DNA of 63,500 nt, filler included, from Rhabdomonas costata (Eukaryota): NCBI GenBank assembly GCA_019059605.1. It is 53 parts of 53 records of this genome, joined end to end, with 100 filler letters (N's around TTAATTAATTAA, not from the genome) between each part and the next. Parts side by side here need not be neighbours in the genome. Positions count along the whole stretch, not along the records: positions 50,412 to 51,511 come from JAHMHO010028630.1; positions 51,612 to 52,711 come from JAHMHO010028631.1; positions 52,812 to 53,913 come from JAHMHO010028632.1; positions 54,014 to 55,113 come from JAHMHO010028633.1; positions 55,214 to 56,313 come from JAHMHO010028634.1; positions 56,414 to 57,505 come from JAHMHO010028635.1; positions 57,606 to 58,705 come from JAHMHO010028636.1; positions 58,806 to 59,900 come from JAHMHO010028637.1; 45 more parts are not named here. One strand, 5' to 3'. Position numbers and translations under genes: made by a program. Of this stretch, positions 50,628 to 62,400 are shown piece after piece. A model generated the notes under the pieces. It saw only the letters and a program-made list of their open reading frames with translations, searched no databases and was not told the DNA's origin. The first letter of the stretch is position 1, and every line of letters begins with the position of its first letter.

Positions 50628-51393
50628 GACGCTGCGGCATTGGTGAAGAGGTACGATTTGGACCCCAGCCTGGTGGTGAAGAACCTCGCGATGAGCCCCG
50701 AGGAGGCGGTGGGGGTGATCCGCGCCGCGGTGAAGTCCGCGGCGCTCTCCGTGGGGGACGTCGCTGCGGTGCTAAAAACCTTCCCCTACGGCATTGCGGA
50801 GGTCGCGATGAACTACAAGGTGCCCTTCTCTCATCCTGAACCCTGCCCTCCTCACTGCATTCACCATGGATATGAGCGCTTCGTTTCATTCGATTTCATT
50901 CCATTTGATTCCATTCGGATCTCTCCCGAATCCTGGATCCTGGGATCCTGTCCGGTTATGGAGGACCTGAGAGGTGATTGCTTGATTGGCAGGTTAGAGC
51001 CATGATGGGATGATGGCAAGCTGAGCGAAGTTTTCTGGGTACCCATTGCCATATATATTGTTATATCCATTTCCGAGCTCCTTTTTTGTCTTTGCCCTTT
51101 TGCCCTTTGCAGAGCACCCAGGGCCGCGTGAGAACTCTGTTGCTCTTGTCATTCATTGGGATTCAGAGGGTATCCAAAGGTTGTTTCCATGAGTTCTGGT
51201 CGCCAGAAGCCCCCGTGTTCTGCAGAAGACAAGGAAGAAATGGGAAAGATTTTAGGTGGCACACCGCTTTGCGAGTGCGATTGAAACGGATGAGTGGATG
51301 CTTGTGTGTGTGGGGGGGGGGCGCCAGGTTAACATTACCGACATCATGAAGGTCATTCGGCATTTTCACATCAACCTCGAGGATGTGGTTGAG
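50628..51393 (+). CDS. Hypothetical helical protein; exons about 50628-50819 and 51328-51393
   Basis: GC3-rich exons join in phase 0: ...EVAMNYK|VNITDIMKVIRHFHINLEDVVE. Confidence 0.5.
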
Positions 51394-51839
51394 GTGATGC
51401 TATCCGGAAAGAATCGGTGTTTGCCCACTTTGAACCACTCCCTTCTGAAGAATGGTGCAATAATGTATACACGCGAACATGTTTTTTTAATTCTACATTG
51501 TCAAAAAACCCNNNNNNNNNNNNNNNNNNNNNNNNNNNNNNNNNNNNNNNNNNNNTTAATTAATTAANNNNNNNNNNNNNNNNNNNNNNNNNNNNNNNNN
51601 NNNNNNNNNNNCAATTATAATTGGTAAATAGTATTTCGTATGACTTGATGATTTGCCCGACACACCACAAATACTAGGACGAGTGACTCGCATGACCAGT
51701 ACAACACGTGAACATATCCGATGTGTGAAGTTGTGTCATTGGCGTCATCTCCGAGAGAGCAATCAGCGATGCTGGCACCAACCTCTAACCTTACCACGAG
51801 TACACATGCGAAACATGGCGTATCTGTGCGTCAGTTGAA

Positions 51840-52170
51840 ATACAAACAGCCGTTGTTGTTCCTATCTTTGGCGATTGGTTGGAAACAAGTGAGAGCATTG
51901 ATTGAATGATGTGAGTACGACTTTTTCATTAGTAAAGATGTCGTTGGCGAGTTGATGTTGCAGGAATACCACCTGCGGAAGAAGTTGACAGTGAGAGTAG
52001 CCAATGGTGAATGTTTGCCTGCGACGCACTTTTTTCGAGTTTAGGCCAGGTTGGTACAGACATCAGTGAATCCACACAAACGAGTAATTACGACAGCAAT
52101 CCAAATGGTACTTGGTAAGCGTTGCTTTCAATGTTGAAGCCATACATTGATTGGCAGAATAGGTTGGTGC
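51840..52170 (+). mobile_element. Decayed Ty3/Gypsy LTR-retrotransposon aspartic protease
   Basis: QVRALIE*CEYDFFISK...LTVRVANGE...MVLG resembles the ALIDSGAT.NFIS...VRVANG...VLG pattern, with stops and frameshifts. Confidence 0.7.
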
Positions 52171-54423
52171 GTGGGGAAAATTTGCGATATTCAGGCTCTT
52201 CAAGTCGCATAATTATTTCCAATTACATTGCCCACAACGGTAATGTTTGAAACCTAGCTTGAAGATGATGGAAGTCAATTTCAATGCAAATGGTGGATTG
52301 CAATTGATGTTGTGCCACCCATGGTTGAGTTGAAGACTGCTCTGTAGCAATTTACAGTTCACTGTCAAATCAAGCGGTGTACACCTGGCTGACGGAGACT
52401 GGTAATTCGTTGGGAGTGGCCACCATCACTGAGATTTCAGTGCTACAAGAGATGGTTGGAAACAAGTGATCAGAATAACGTCAGGTGGATAACGTCGTGT
52501 CCACTACGAAAGATCAGAGAGCCGTGGAAAGATCACAAGGTTCAAAGTTATAGACGAAGATAAAAAATTGCGGAATTCTCCAAAGAAAGAGGTGGGGAAG
52601 CTGTTCAATGAGCTTGAACACGGTGTTTGCGGCTCGATAACACCCGGTATTGATGATTTGAATAGAGAATTCGCAGAAATCGTTTCAGGAAACGTTTCAG
52701 ATGGTTTGCATNNNNNNNNNNNNNNNNNNNNNNNNNNNNNNNNNNNNNNNNNNNNTTAATTAATTAANNNNNNNNNNNNNNNNNNNNNNNNNNNNNNNNN
52801 NNNNNNNNNNNTGATGCAGGTGGAGAAGATGGTGCTCAAGGAGAGAAGAACTGACGGGTCCCTGGGGACAATAAAGGGGGAAACCCTTGCGCGGGTGCAG
52901 GGCCTGACAAGCCCGCATCCTCCGGAGCCACCAGAACCGGAATAATCGTTACTCATGATAAAACTGAGATTACCCCCTCGGCGTCCCGTCAAGGGGGTAG
53001 GGCCAGAGTGAGACAGCCACAGCGAGTAGACCGACGCCCCCGGAATCACCCATGCAATGACGGCCGCAGCCTGACCCGCAAAGGTGATATCGGGGCAAGC
53101 ATCCGGACTGGGACGCATGTTCAGAGTTGGGCTGAATGGACAGAAAAGCTGGAGGTCGAGCGGGCTCAGGGAAGGGACGGTGAGTGCATGCACAACGGGC
53201 CGGATGCAGAGGAATGGTTAGAATGGACGGCGGAGCGTGAGATGGAGAGAACCGCAGATCCCCGTGTGAGGGCAGGCTGGAGCAGGCGAGAAAAGGAGCC
53301 CCCAAGAAGTGGCGAGTGGCAGCGAGGAGCGGAAAGCCTGCGGTGGGACAGGAGCAGCCCGGGTCAGCACGAGAGAAGGGGAGAATGGCAGCGAGAAGTG
53401 GGAGACCAGAGAGGGAGTGAGGAAGCAATACGGAGAGTGGAGAGAAGCGAGGTCCAGATGGCTGCAGGGACAGAGCGGGTCCAAGCCCGGAGTGGGATGG
53501 AGGACCCAAACCCAGAAGGACAATAGCGCCCAAAAAGAAGTGTACGAGCGCGGAAGGTTGGGTACCCACAAAGAGATCTCTAAACGCGCCAATCGGGGTT
53601 CCCAAGGCCCCGCGTACACTGTTGATCGGGGGTCACATGGGGTTAACCAACCCTATGTGACAAGACAGCGGGACAAGGTACCATAGGCTGACATGGGTGT
53701 GAGGCCCGATGGACCCATTCCCCATCGACAGGTGGTAGCCCAGGGGGGAAGTGGACCTCGAGTCCTCCCCAGAAAAAACTCATCCTTGCCAAGTGCACCA
53801 AGTGTGTGTGCGTGTGTGTGTTTATGCATGTTTGAACGCCCTTTGTGGAAGAGATGATCGACGTCTATAATCTGGTTACGTATGCTGCTGCTTATGCCGA
53901 GGCTCCATGCTGCNNNNNNNNNNNNNNNNNNNNNNNNNNNNNNNNNNNNNNNNNNNNTTAATTAATTAANNNNNNNNNNNNNNNNNNNNNNNNNNNNNNN
54001 NNNNNNNNNNNNNTGGGGGTGTATGGGTGGATGAGTGAAGACAGAAAAACCTTTGTTTGGATGAAATTGTGACTACCTGACAGGTAAGGAGAGTGATGTG
54101 GTTGACGCATTATCAGGACAATTGCCAAGGCTGCCTTTGGGTTCTCTTCGTTTCTGTCTTGCTCTCGGGCAAAATGAAAAAATTAAAGCCAACTGAGCAA
54201 ACAAAGTACAGTTTTTCCCTCCGGGACAGATTATAACAAGGGTTATAACCTTGGTTATGACCATTAAATAACCAACCAGCTTTTTGCTGCAGGAAAGGCT
54301 CAAGAAGAATGCGAGAAGGTCCATATGACATTTGCCAGGGACGGTGACGATGCCATTGTTCAGAAAGCCAAAAGCAGTCGAAATGTTCGAAGCGGGAGGA
54401 GAAGGACACCCAAACTGACACCC

Positions 54424-54559
54424 CCGGGTTCTTCGTCCTGCCCTTGCTGAGTGTATTCGCCATGTTGAACGCGTTTGAGTTTGGCCTCCTCCGCCTTGGT
54501 AATCTTGGGAGAGTGGATCTTCTCCTCTCTGTCTGGAACTGGGGTGTTCTCGTCCGACT
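54424..54559 (-). CDS. Hypothetical charged-protein exon, with a short (GGCAT)n tract in the upstream intron
   Basis: AG/GT-bounded open exon ESDENTPVPDREEKIHSPKITKAEEAKLKRVQHGE. The repeat is at about 54565-54597. Confidence 0.35.
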
Positions 54560-55247
54560 CTGTGCATGCCAAGCCACGCCATGCCATGCCATGCCACATA
54601 ACCAGCTGACCGGAAATATCTAAAGCTGGATTAGCAAAACAGAGACTTTCCTTGATCTATTATCTATCATATCATCACATATCGTCACATTGGTCACATA
54701 CGTGTCCCCGAAAGTGAGAAAACCGATATCGAGCGAGGGTCATCTGAAAAAGGGTGGCGTTTCGCTTCAAGCATTTGTAAGAAGGTTGAGGTGCACCAGG
54801 CAGCTGGGATTTTGCACATGCGTTACATATGGATTGAAAATGTTGCGCCACGTTTTCAAGCGTGCATATGAGGGAGTTGGGGGTTTCTCGCCAAATCACA
54901 GTTGGGCACAAAAAGAAGACCCAAGTCCAGCTGAGCCCCCACGTTTTGAGGAGCTGTCGAAGAGCTGGCCGGAGTTGACGAGACCCGACCAGGTGTTAGC
55001 ACTTGCGAAAAAGAAAGGTGAACTAACTCTCACGCAATAATCCCGAAAATATACCGCCCCTCCCCGCCCCCTCTTCAACAACCCGCGGACTGACCACCAT
55101 AAATGATGAATTCNNNNNNNNNNNNNNNNNNNNNNNNNNNNNNNNNNNNNNNNNNNNTTAATTAATTAANNNNNNNNNNNNNNNNNNNNNNNNNNNNNNN
55201 NNNNNNNNNNNNNTGTTGGGTGTGTTGGGTTTTTTGTGTTTGTCTCG

Positions 55248-55498
55248 TCATCGATCGATCAACCGATCAAACTCAACAGTTGGGGAGGAGGGATGGGACT
55301 CTCCTACGACCGTTGTGGAGAGGACGTTCGGATACTGCGTGAGTCAGAAGGAGTTGTACAAAAGCGCTCCTCTACTCCCCATCATCACCATCACCACCAG
55401 TACCCCGTCCTTGTTTTGATTTTTTCTGTGTTTGCCACATCATCGATCGATCAACCGATCAAACCCAACAGTTGCGGAGGAGGGGAGGGACTCTCCTA
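55248..55498 (+). repeat. Diverged direct repeat of about 58 bp (55248-55305 and 55441-55498)
   Basis: CATCGATCGATCAACCGATCAAAC(T/C)CAACAGTTG...GGGACTCTCCTA occurs twice with a few substitutions. Confidence 0.85.
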
Positions 55499-56712
55499 GT
55501 CCCTTCTTCTACTTTTTCCTGCATCCAAAGCAACGTCTATTTTTTCTGTTTTTTTTCTACCGTCGCTGGAGCAGAGATGGCAACGCTTTACGGAAATTCG
55601 AGGAAATTCCCTGTGTTCTCGTGTGCGTGTGTTCGTGTTTTTTTTGATTGGGAAGGGATGACACGGGTTGTACCATACTCATGACTTCCATATGCTACGG
55701 CAAAAATGTCAGGCGGAATGTATTTTGCCTGAGCTGAATGAGGAGAGCGAAAGCAAGGCTGGAAGGTTCATTTTCCTTCCCTTTGGGCAGCTCTTGGTTA
55801 CGCTGCACTATTAGAAGGTTTGTTTGTCTGTTTGCTTGCTTGTCTGTTTGTGTCTTTGGCCTTGCTTGCTGTTGGGAGGAGAAATTATACGCGTGTAATT
55901 CTGCTTTCTAGTTTCATCCTTCGTGCATGATTCTCTGTGGGGATAAATTTGGAATTTGACGGTGCTTGCAAGCATTCAACGTGGATGATACCAGGCAACC
56001 TTTCTAAGTGCCAGCCACCGCAGGATTTGATAGTCAAAATTGATAAGGAGTACATAAGGAGAATCATCTGGAGTATTGAGGGAATTTGCTGTTACCCTGA
56101 TTTGTCTCACAGGCCCTCAAGTTTTTCGTCGTTTTTCCTTCCCCTTTCATTTTTTTCCGTATACGAACGGCTGCGAACGAGCTCATAATGATAGGACACA
56201 AGCCAAAGCCCATCCTGCGGGTCGACTCCGCTCCAACGTTAATGTCACCCCGGTCCCCAGTGAGCGAGCTGGACACCCTGGAAATTCAAGTGAATTGTGC
56301 CCCCCAACCAACCNNNNNNNNNNNNNNNNNNNNNNNNNNNNNNNNNNNNNNNNNNNNTTAATTAATTAANNNNNNNNNNNNNNNNNNNNNNNNNNNNNNN
56401 NNNNNNNNNNNNNGGGTGTGTGGAGGCAGCTGTTTTGCCTGGTACGAGATCAATCAACTTATGCCGTTATTAGTGTTAGGGTTTAAATAGCAGTTTTTAT
56501 CAGCAGATTCCTTTTTCTACGATTTAGGGTCGCAAGCGGTTCCTGTTTGCTGGTTGCGGACACGATCAAGAGGGTGCTGAAATGTTCCGCCTGCTGCGAT
56601 CTCTCCATAGTGCTCAACAATAGTTCTGCTACAGCAGTAAAAATACGTCGTGATTACAGTTGCGGGTCCACCTTGTCTCTTTCGGTGTATGTATCAATCT
56701 GTTATTATGCAG

Positions 56713-57314
56713 ATTGAGGAGGCAATGGTCCACCTAAGCAAGATCCCTTCCGAGCTGCCTGTGCCCTCGGCGCAAGCTGTATTGCAAGGGTGCTCGTGGT
56801 TCTCCATCCTCAACCCGGAAACCAGGCAGAACTTCGAACTGTGCGAGCCCGTCTCCGCGGAGTCTGGTGAGTAATGGTCCTTTGAGTCTGAGTCAATTTC
56901 TCCTGGAGCGCCTCGTGCTCCAGCTCACTCTACATCCCTTGCACCCAAACTTCAGCTTGACCGGATGATGGTGTTTTCTTTTGCGGTGGTTGCATTTAAC
57001 CTGGATTTCTGTGCGCTGCAGCTGGTCTACAGGCACCCCGTTTCCGAACATCATCCCGCAACAAGGAGATAAAAACACTATGGTTCGAGCAGGCACTCCT
57101 GCGGTGATCATGTCGTTCTTTTTACCGTTTTAGGGCAATGCCTTTGCTCTCCCCACCTTGGAGGAGATGGCCTGGGGCTGGTTGTTCGGGGCATTGCACG
57201 GGGGATAGACCGGTATGGCAGCGCGCACTTCCTGGGCCCTGGACAGCTCTTCAACGTCCTGCCTGCACTGACCCGCAAGCCGGCTGTCTTCGGGGAAGTC
57301 TTCGCCCAGACATG
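56713..57314 (+). CDS. Cyclic-nucleotide-binding-like region, probably the tail of a SOS1/SLC9C-type Na+/H+ antiporter; exons 56713-56866 and 57134-57314
   Basis: IEEAMVHLSKIPSELPVPSAQAVLQGCSWF...|GQCLC...GDGLGLVVRGIAR...FLGPGQLFNVLPALTRKP. Phase-1 GT-AG intron is in frame. Confidence 0.6.
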
Positions 57315-57714
57315 GTGTGCATACTCCCACGATGTTACGCAGCGGCTTCCTAACGACTCGCCTAATTCAAAGGCGCCATCTTTTGCATGGGACCAGCACG
57401 TTCATTTCGGCCGTTGGGGTTGCCCTTACGCACCTGACTGTTGTGCCAACTTTCGTTATATGTTCCGAATAATCGCTTTTATCCCACAGATGGCACCAAC
57501 CCCCCNNNNNNNNNNNNNNNNNNNNNNNNNNNNNNNNNNNNNNNNNNNNTTAATTAATTAANNNNNNNNNNNNNNNNNNNNNNNNNNNNNNNNNNNNNNN
57601 NNNNNGTTTGTCATCATCGAATGATTGGGTGTCATATCCCTTACAGCCTGTGCAGTCCGGTGTTGTTTTGCTTAACCTACTCCCATTGTTTTGTGTATCT
57701 GTGAGATCCCGAAG

Positions 57715-58130
57715 GACTTCAAGGAACCCGAATACGAAGGCCAAGAACCCGAATACCGACACCAACTCCGAAGAGTGAACCCGAAGACCAAAACCCAAAT
57801 ACCCCAAAGCCTCGAAACACTGAAATCCCCGCCTCGCAGACACGAATACCTAACCCCAGAACCCAAAAACCAACCCTCGGAACCCAAAGACATAAACCCC
57901 GAATACCCATACCTCAAAAAAAATGTATCCTCCCTGCGCCCGAACTTAAAAACCACACCAGAAATTGACCCGAGGGGGGACCACCTCCACTACCCCGGGG
58001 CGCAGGACCACCAAGATGCACTTACCTGCACCTAAGACCCAAATACCCACCTGATACCCCACCCTGAACTCAGACTCAGAACCCAAAGACCGAGATGCAC
58101 CAAAGATGCACTTACCTGCACTTGATACCC
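57715..58130 (+). repeat. Degenerate AACCC(G/A)AATAC-type minisatellite with a duplicated CACCAA(A)GATGCACTTACCTGCAC
   Basis: Recurrent motif visible across the region; duplicate copies at about 58009 and 58098. Confidence 0.55.
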
Positions 58131-59531
58131 CTATGCATATTTTGGGGGCTCAGGGGTATTTGCTGGTCGTATACTCGCTGGTGCTCGTATACTCCCTAGA
58201 TGCCTTTTTCCAGCAGTCTGGACCGTGTTTGTCAGGTCCCAGGGTCTTATGATAACTTGCCATGAGCTTTCACTTTGGTTTCTGGCGTGGGCTGTACTTT
58301 TAAATGGCGATGCAGACATATAGATGTCGCATGCACCCATGCTCTTTGACACGCCACACTGAAGGAAACAACTCCTCCAGAAACATCGCTTCAGTGCAAG
58401 CAGAACAAAATAGAACAGCTCATCTCCCATTTTTCCTCGTGCGTTCACGATGGAATCCTCCTTCCTGCCCTCCCTCCTCCCGTCTCGCAGCTGTGGCTGC
58501 GCTGCACTGGCCCAGCTCCTGCCGCTTTGGAGAGTCCCAGAAGCCGCCCTCAGGGCACAGGCTCCCCAAGGCGAAGGCCCGCTGTGCCCAGCTCAGGCCG
58601 CTTCCGGCCTACCCCCTCGCCCTCCTCTGGGCTGCTCCAGCCCAAGCCCACTCACCGCTCGGACCGCACTCTTAGCGCAGGCTCATCCGCCTCCCGGACA
58701 CCCCCNNNNNNNNNNNNNNNNNNNNNNNNNNNNNNNNNNNNNNNNNNNNTTAATTAATTAANNNNNNNNNNNNNNNNNNNNNNNNNNNNNNNNNNNNNNN
58801 NNNNNGGGGGTTTTGATGAGGTTTTCATACATTGCATGAATCCGTTAATGCGGAATCTAAAAGGTCGTTTTTTGTTTGCTTTGTGTTGCGTTTCGCCTTT
58901 AATTGTGTTTTTACAGAGAAGGTGCAGCAGAGCCACAGCGTAACCGCAGGCGAGGGCCGCGGAGACCCGAGGCACCAGCAGAGGGAGAGGGGTGAAAAAG
59001 GGTGTGGCGTTAGTGCGTTGAACACAGGACAGGGTGTGTGTGTGCGGTCGCGTGCCCCTTCCACAGCCTTTCTTTGGGTGGGAGATTGGGGAAAGGCATA
59101 AGCGGCGAGACCGGACCATCGAAACCCCTTCACATCCCAGAAGTTGTGGGCGCCAAGGCCCGGCCAAGAGACCCCCCCTGTGCCTAAAGCAGCCTTCACG
59201 AGCCACAAGTGACCCCCCCTGTCTGCAGAGTTGTGCCCCCAGAGGTCGCCAGATTTACGCCGAAGCGGCTTGGTAAATCGAAAAGTGGTTGTGCATCCCC
59301 GCCACCGTTTCAGAAAGGCGACAACTGCAGAGAGCACCAGAGCGACCCCCGGACGAACGGAAGAGACCTCCTCCCCGTTCTAGGTGCCAAGACACCTAGG
59401 TAAGCCGAGGCAACGCCCACCTTGTGCAAGCAAGGTCGGGATACAGTCCAGCTCGAGTGGGATCCAGAGGCACGACCACCCAAAGAGGTAGCCACGTAAG
59501 AGTTCCCGCAGCATAGTTGGAGTGTGACAAC

Positions 59532-59590
59532 CCGGCCTTCACGTGGCCAAAGGCCACCCCGATGCGGAACGTGAACTTCCCGCCCGTCAG
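59532..59590 (-). CDS. Possible class III nucleotide cyclase exon
   Basis: LTGGKFTFRIGVAFGHVKAG resembles the RIGIHTGPVVAG strand. AG/GT-bounded but short. Confidence 0.45.
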
Positions 59591-60275
59591 CTGCACCACC
59601 GCCGTGCTCCCGCTTTTCGAACTTTAAGACGACGAAGCCGCTCTCTTTGCTCCAGCGGCCCTTCCCCCTCCCACGGGTTTTGGGCCGTGCTGCTTTTGGC
59701 CTTGTAGGTTTTGGGCCTTCTGCGCCAAGGACTTCAGCCGATGACCTGCTGCCATGGGATATAACAGTGAGAAAAAACGTGGCGAAAGCAACGCAGGAGG
59801 TTTCTGCAGAAGCCAAGACCGAAGATGCAAAAGCGGGCACTGCACCTTGGACGTCGGGCATCGGCCTGCTGAATTTAAAAGGCGTGGTTGCAGGAGCACA
59901 NNNNNNNNNNNNNNNNNNNNNNNNNNNNNNNNNNNNNNNNNNNNTTAATTAATTAANNNNNNNNNNNNNNNNNNNNNNNNNNNNNNNNNNNNNNNNNNNN
60001 GTTTGTGGGTCGAACTGGGCCGGGTAAGTGCTTCCGGCTGTTCACGGAGGTGCAGTTCAAGACGGAGATGCTTTTAATGAAAGTTGTGGTGCTGCAGCTT
60101 TCCGAAGGATCGATCAAACACAATCCTCGTCCTGCTGAAATTCGAATACATTGTCAATATTGATGTCTCTGGGCCTTGAGCTCACTCCAGTTTTGAATTC
60201 AGCGACTATCGACCTCAGCCAAGGGCTAATTCAGTCATCTGCTCGTGTCTCCAGTTGGAATCACTTGTGCCAAAG

Positions 60276-60953
60276 GGCGTGCGGGTCGAACTGGGCCGGG
60301 TAAGTGCTTCCGGCTGTTCACGGAGGTGCAGTTCAAGACGGAGATGCTCGAGAACACCGTTCCGGAGATGCAGCGAGCCAATTTGGTTGCTGTTTGCAGA
60401 AAACAGCAGAATACAGTAGAACCCTCAAAGGAACGCTCAAAGCAGGGCAAGTGTCATTGAACAGTTCAACAAAGCCGATGATGCAGAACGCGCAAAGGCT
60501 GCCGAAAACGTATGGTGCGCTTGTCCCGCACTTAATCACTGACACACGGCTTCCAACCTGCTTGTGCAAGCTGAATATCTGCCTGTTGGTTGGTGGGTCA
60601 GCATGAAGGAATAGCGCCTCGCTTCCCCAGGGCGGCCCACCACTGCCATTGCTGTCGCTTTTTTTTTTGGAGCAGCGCCAACAACATTATGAAGAAGGTC
60701 AGAACTTTGGAAAGTTTTCCTGCGAAGGAATCCGTCTGTGCTCTGTTGGGCTCAGGGCAACGTGGTGCTTCTGCTGAAGAGCCTCGGGGTGGAGGACCTG
60801 ATGACCTTCGAGTTCATGGACCCTCCGCCGCGACACAACTTGCTGCAGAGTTTGCTGCAGCTGTGGATGCTGGGCGCTCTGGACAGTACCGGGGCGCTGA
60901 CCACGGTGGGCGCGCAAATGGTGGAGTTCCCGCTGGACCCCAGCCTGTCCAAG
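60276..60953 (+). CDS. DHX38: Spliceosomal DEAH-box helicase Prp16/DHX38-like; exons 60276-60385 and 60756-60953
   Basis: [16 protein letters not shown]...[31 protein letters not shown]...[26 protein letters not shown]. Confidence 0.88.
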
Positions 60954-61281
60954 GTAAGGCAGCGTCGTTCCACTCTTCTTCCGCTTCTCATTCCTTCTTC
61001 CCTCTTTGTTTTGCTGAACATGTACACTCCATGATGCATCCCTCCTCCATGTCCTTAGAGGGAGCACCACAGCTGAAGTCACACGGCCTTCTTTTCCATC
61101 NNNNNNNNNNNNNNNNNNNNNNNNNNNNNNNNNNNNNNNNNNNNTTAATTAATTAANNNNNNNNNNNNNNNNNNNNNNNNNNNNNNNNNNNNNNNNNNNN
61201 TTGGTTGGAATAGCTCAAGTTGTGCCTCTTTTTCTTGTTCACAACGCAACCAAAACACAACGAAAACCAACCACCCCACAG

Positions 61282-62056
61282 GGCTGCGCTACCTGAGCGT
61301 CCAGCAAAGCCTGGCTGACAACGCTGCTGTGATGCAGTGGTACCCTTCCCATGCCCAAGGATGGGGCTCCACAACGTCCGCGCCCCCGCCCTGGGTTGTG
61401 TTCGGGGGCAGCTACAGCGGAGCTCTCGCGGCGTGGTTCAAGGAGACCTACCCTAACCTTGCCGTGGCGGCGTACTCCAGCAGCGGGGTGGTGAACTCAA
61501 TCTTGGACTTCTCTCAGTTTGACTCCCTCATCCGGAAGGTTGTCAACCAGTCCTGTGCAGAGGTGCTTCACCGGACAACGCTGGAGATAGAGAGGCTTTT
61601 GGACCAGAGTCCGCAGACGGTTAAGGTAGCCTGCCTCTCCGCAACACTCCCCTCCTGTAATCGGGTTTTTTGTTGTCAATCTCCCGTCTTCCGTTTTGCG
61701 CTTTTGGCGAACTTTTCCCTGCGGCGTTCTTCCTTTTTCTTTCTGCTGTCCTTGATTTTTACCTGCCTCTAAATTTCTGGGGTTTTTCCTATCTTCGCGG
61801 TTCGCTTGCACCTAGCTCTGGTTTTTCAGTGCAAGGGGCAAGCCCCAAAGTGCTGTCTGCCCGTTTTAACTTTACCAGGGCTGGTTTAATGCCAGCATAC
61901 TTCGGGACATCGAATTTCTTTCCATGGTGGCCGACTCGGCGGCAATGGCTGTCCAGTACAGCCAAAAGTCTGTGCTGTGCAACTTCATGATGAACGCCAG
62001 CGCGTCTGGAGCTTCCCTGGCTGCTGCCTTCGCGAACTTCACCAACTCCCAGTGGG
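61282..62056 (+). CDS. Serine carboxypeptidase family S28; exons 61282-61625 and 61879-62056
   Basis: LRYLSVQQSLAD and PWVVFGGSYSGALAAWFKETYP (catalytic Ser motif), then MVADSAAMAVQY...LC. Confidence 0.9.
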
Positions 62057-62400
62057 GTATCGGCCCCTCGTTTTTTTCACACGCCCCACGATGGAGGTGC
62101 GGTTGTATCCTGGTTTATCGTCCCTTCATGTTGTCTGCACACGGCCCGTTGGGGGATCAAAGCACAACCATTTCCAAATGTTTGTTCCCAACCCCAGTGT
62201 GTTAGAGTCACTCCCCAGCATGATGAATACCGTGGGATACTCTCCGAAGTTGTCAAAGAAAGTTCACATTTTCTCACAAAGGGATTCTTACCCACACAAA
62301 NNNNNNNNNNNNNNNNNNNNNNNNNNNNNNNNNNNNNNNNNNNNTTAATTAATTAANNNNNNNNNNNNNNNNNNNNNNNNNNNNNNNNNNNNNNNNNNNN

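Noticed and set aside
380..62056. Euglenid non-conventional (non-GT-AG, stem-forming) introns
   Set aside because: Every junction I could rebuild from protein motifs is GT-AG except one GC-AG candidate, and I found no CAG/CTG end-pairing.
1102..62400. Regularly spaced TTAATTAATTAA with unique intervening sequence (array-like periodicity)
   Set aside because: It is a scaffolding linker embedded in Ns, not a CRISPR array or biological repeat. ORFs ending in X...LIN are artefacts.
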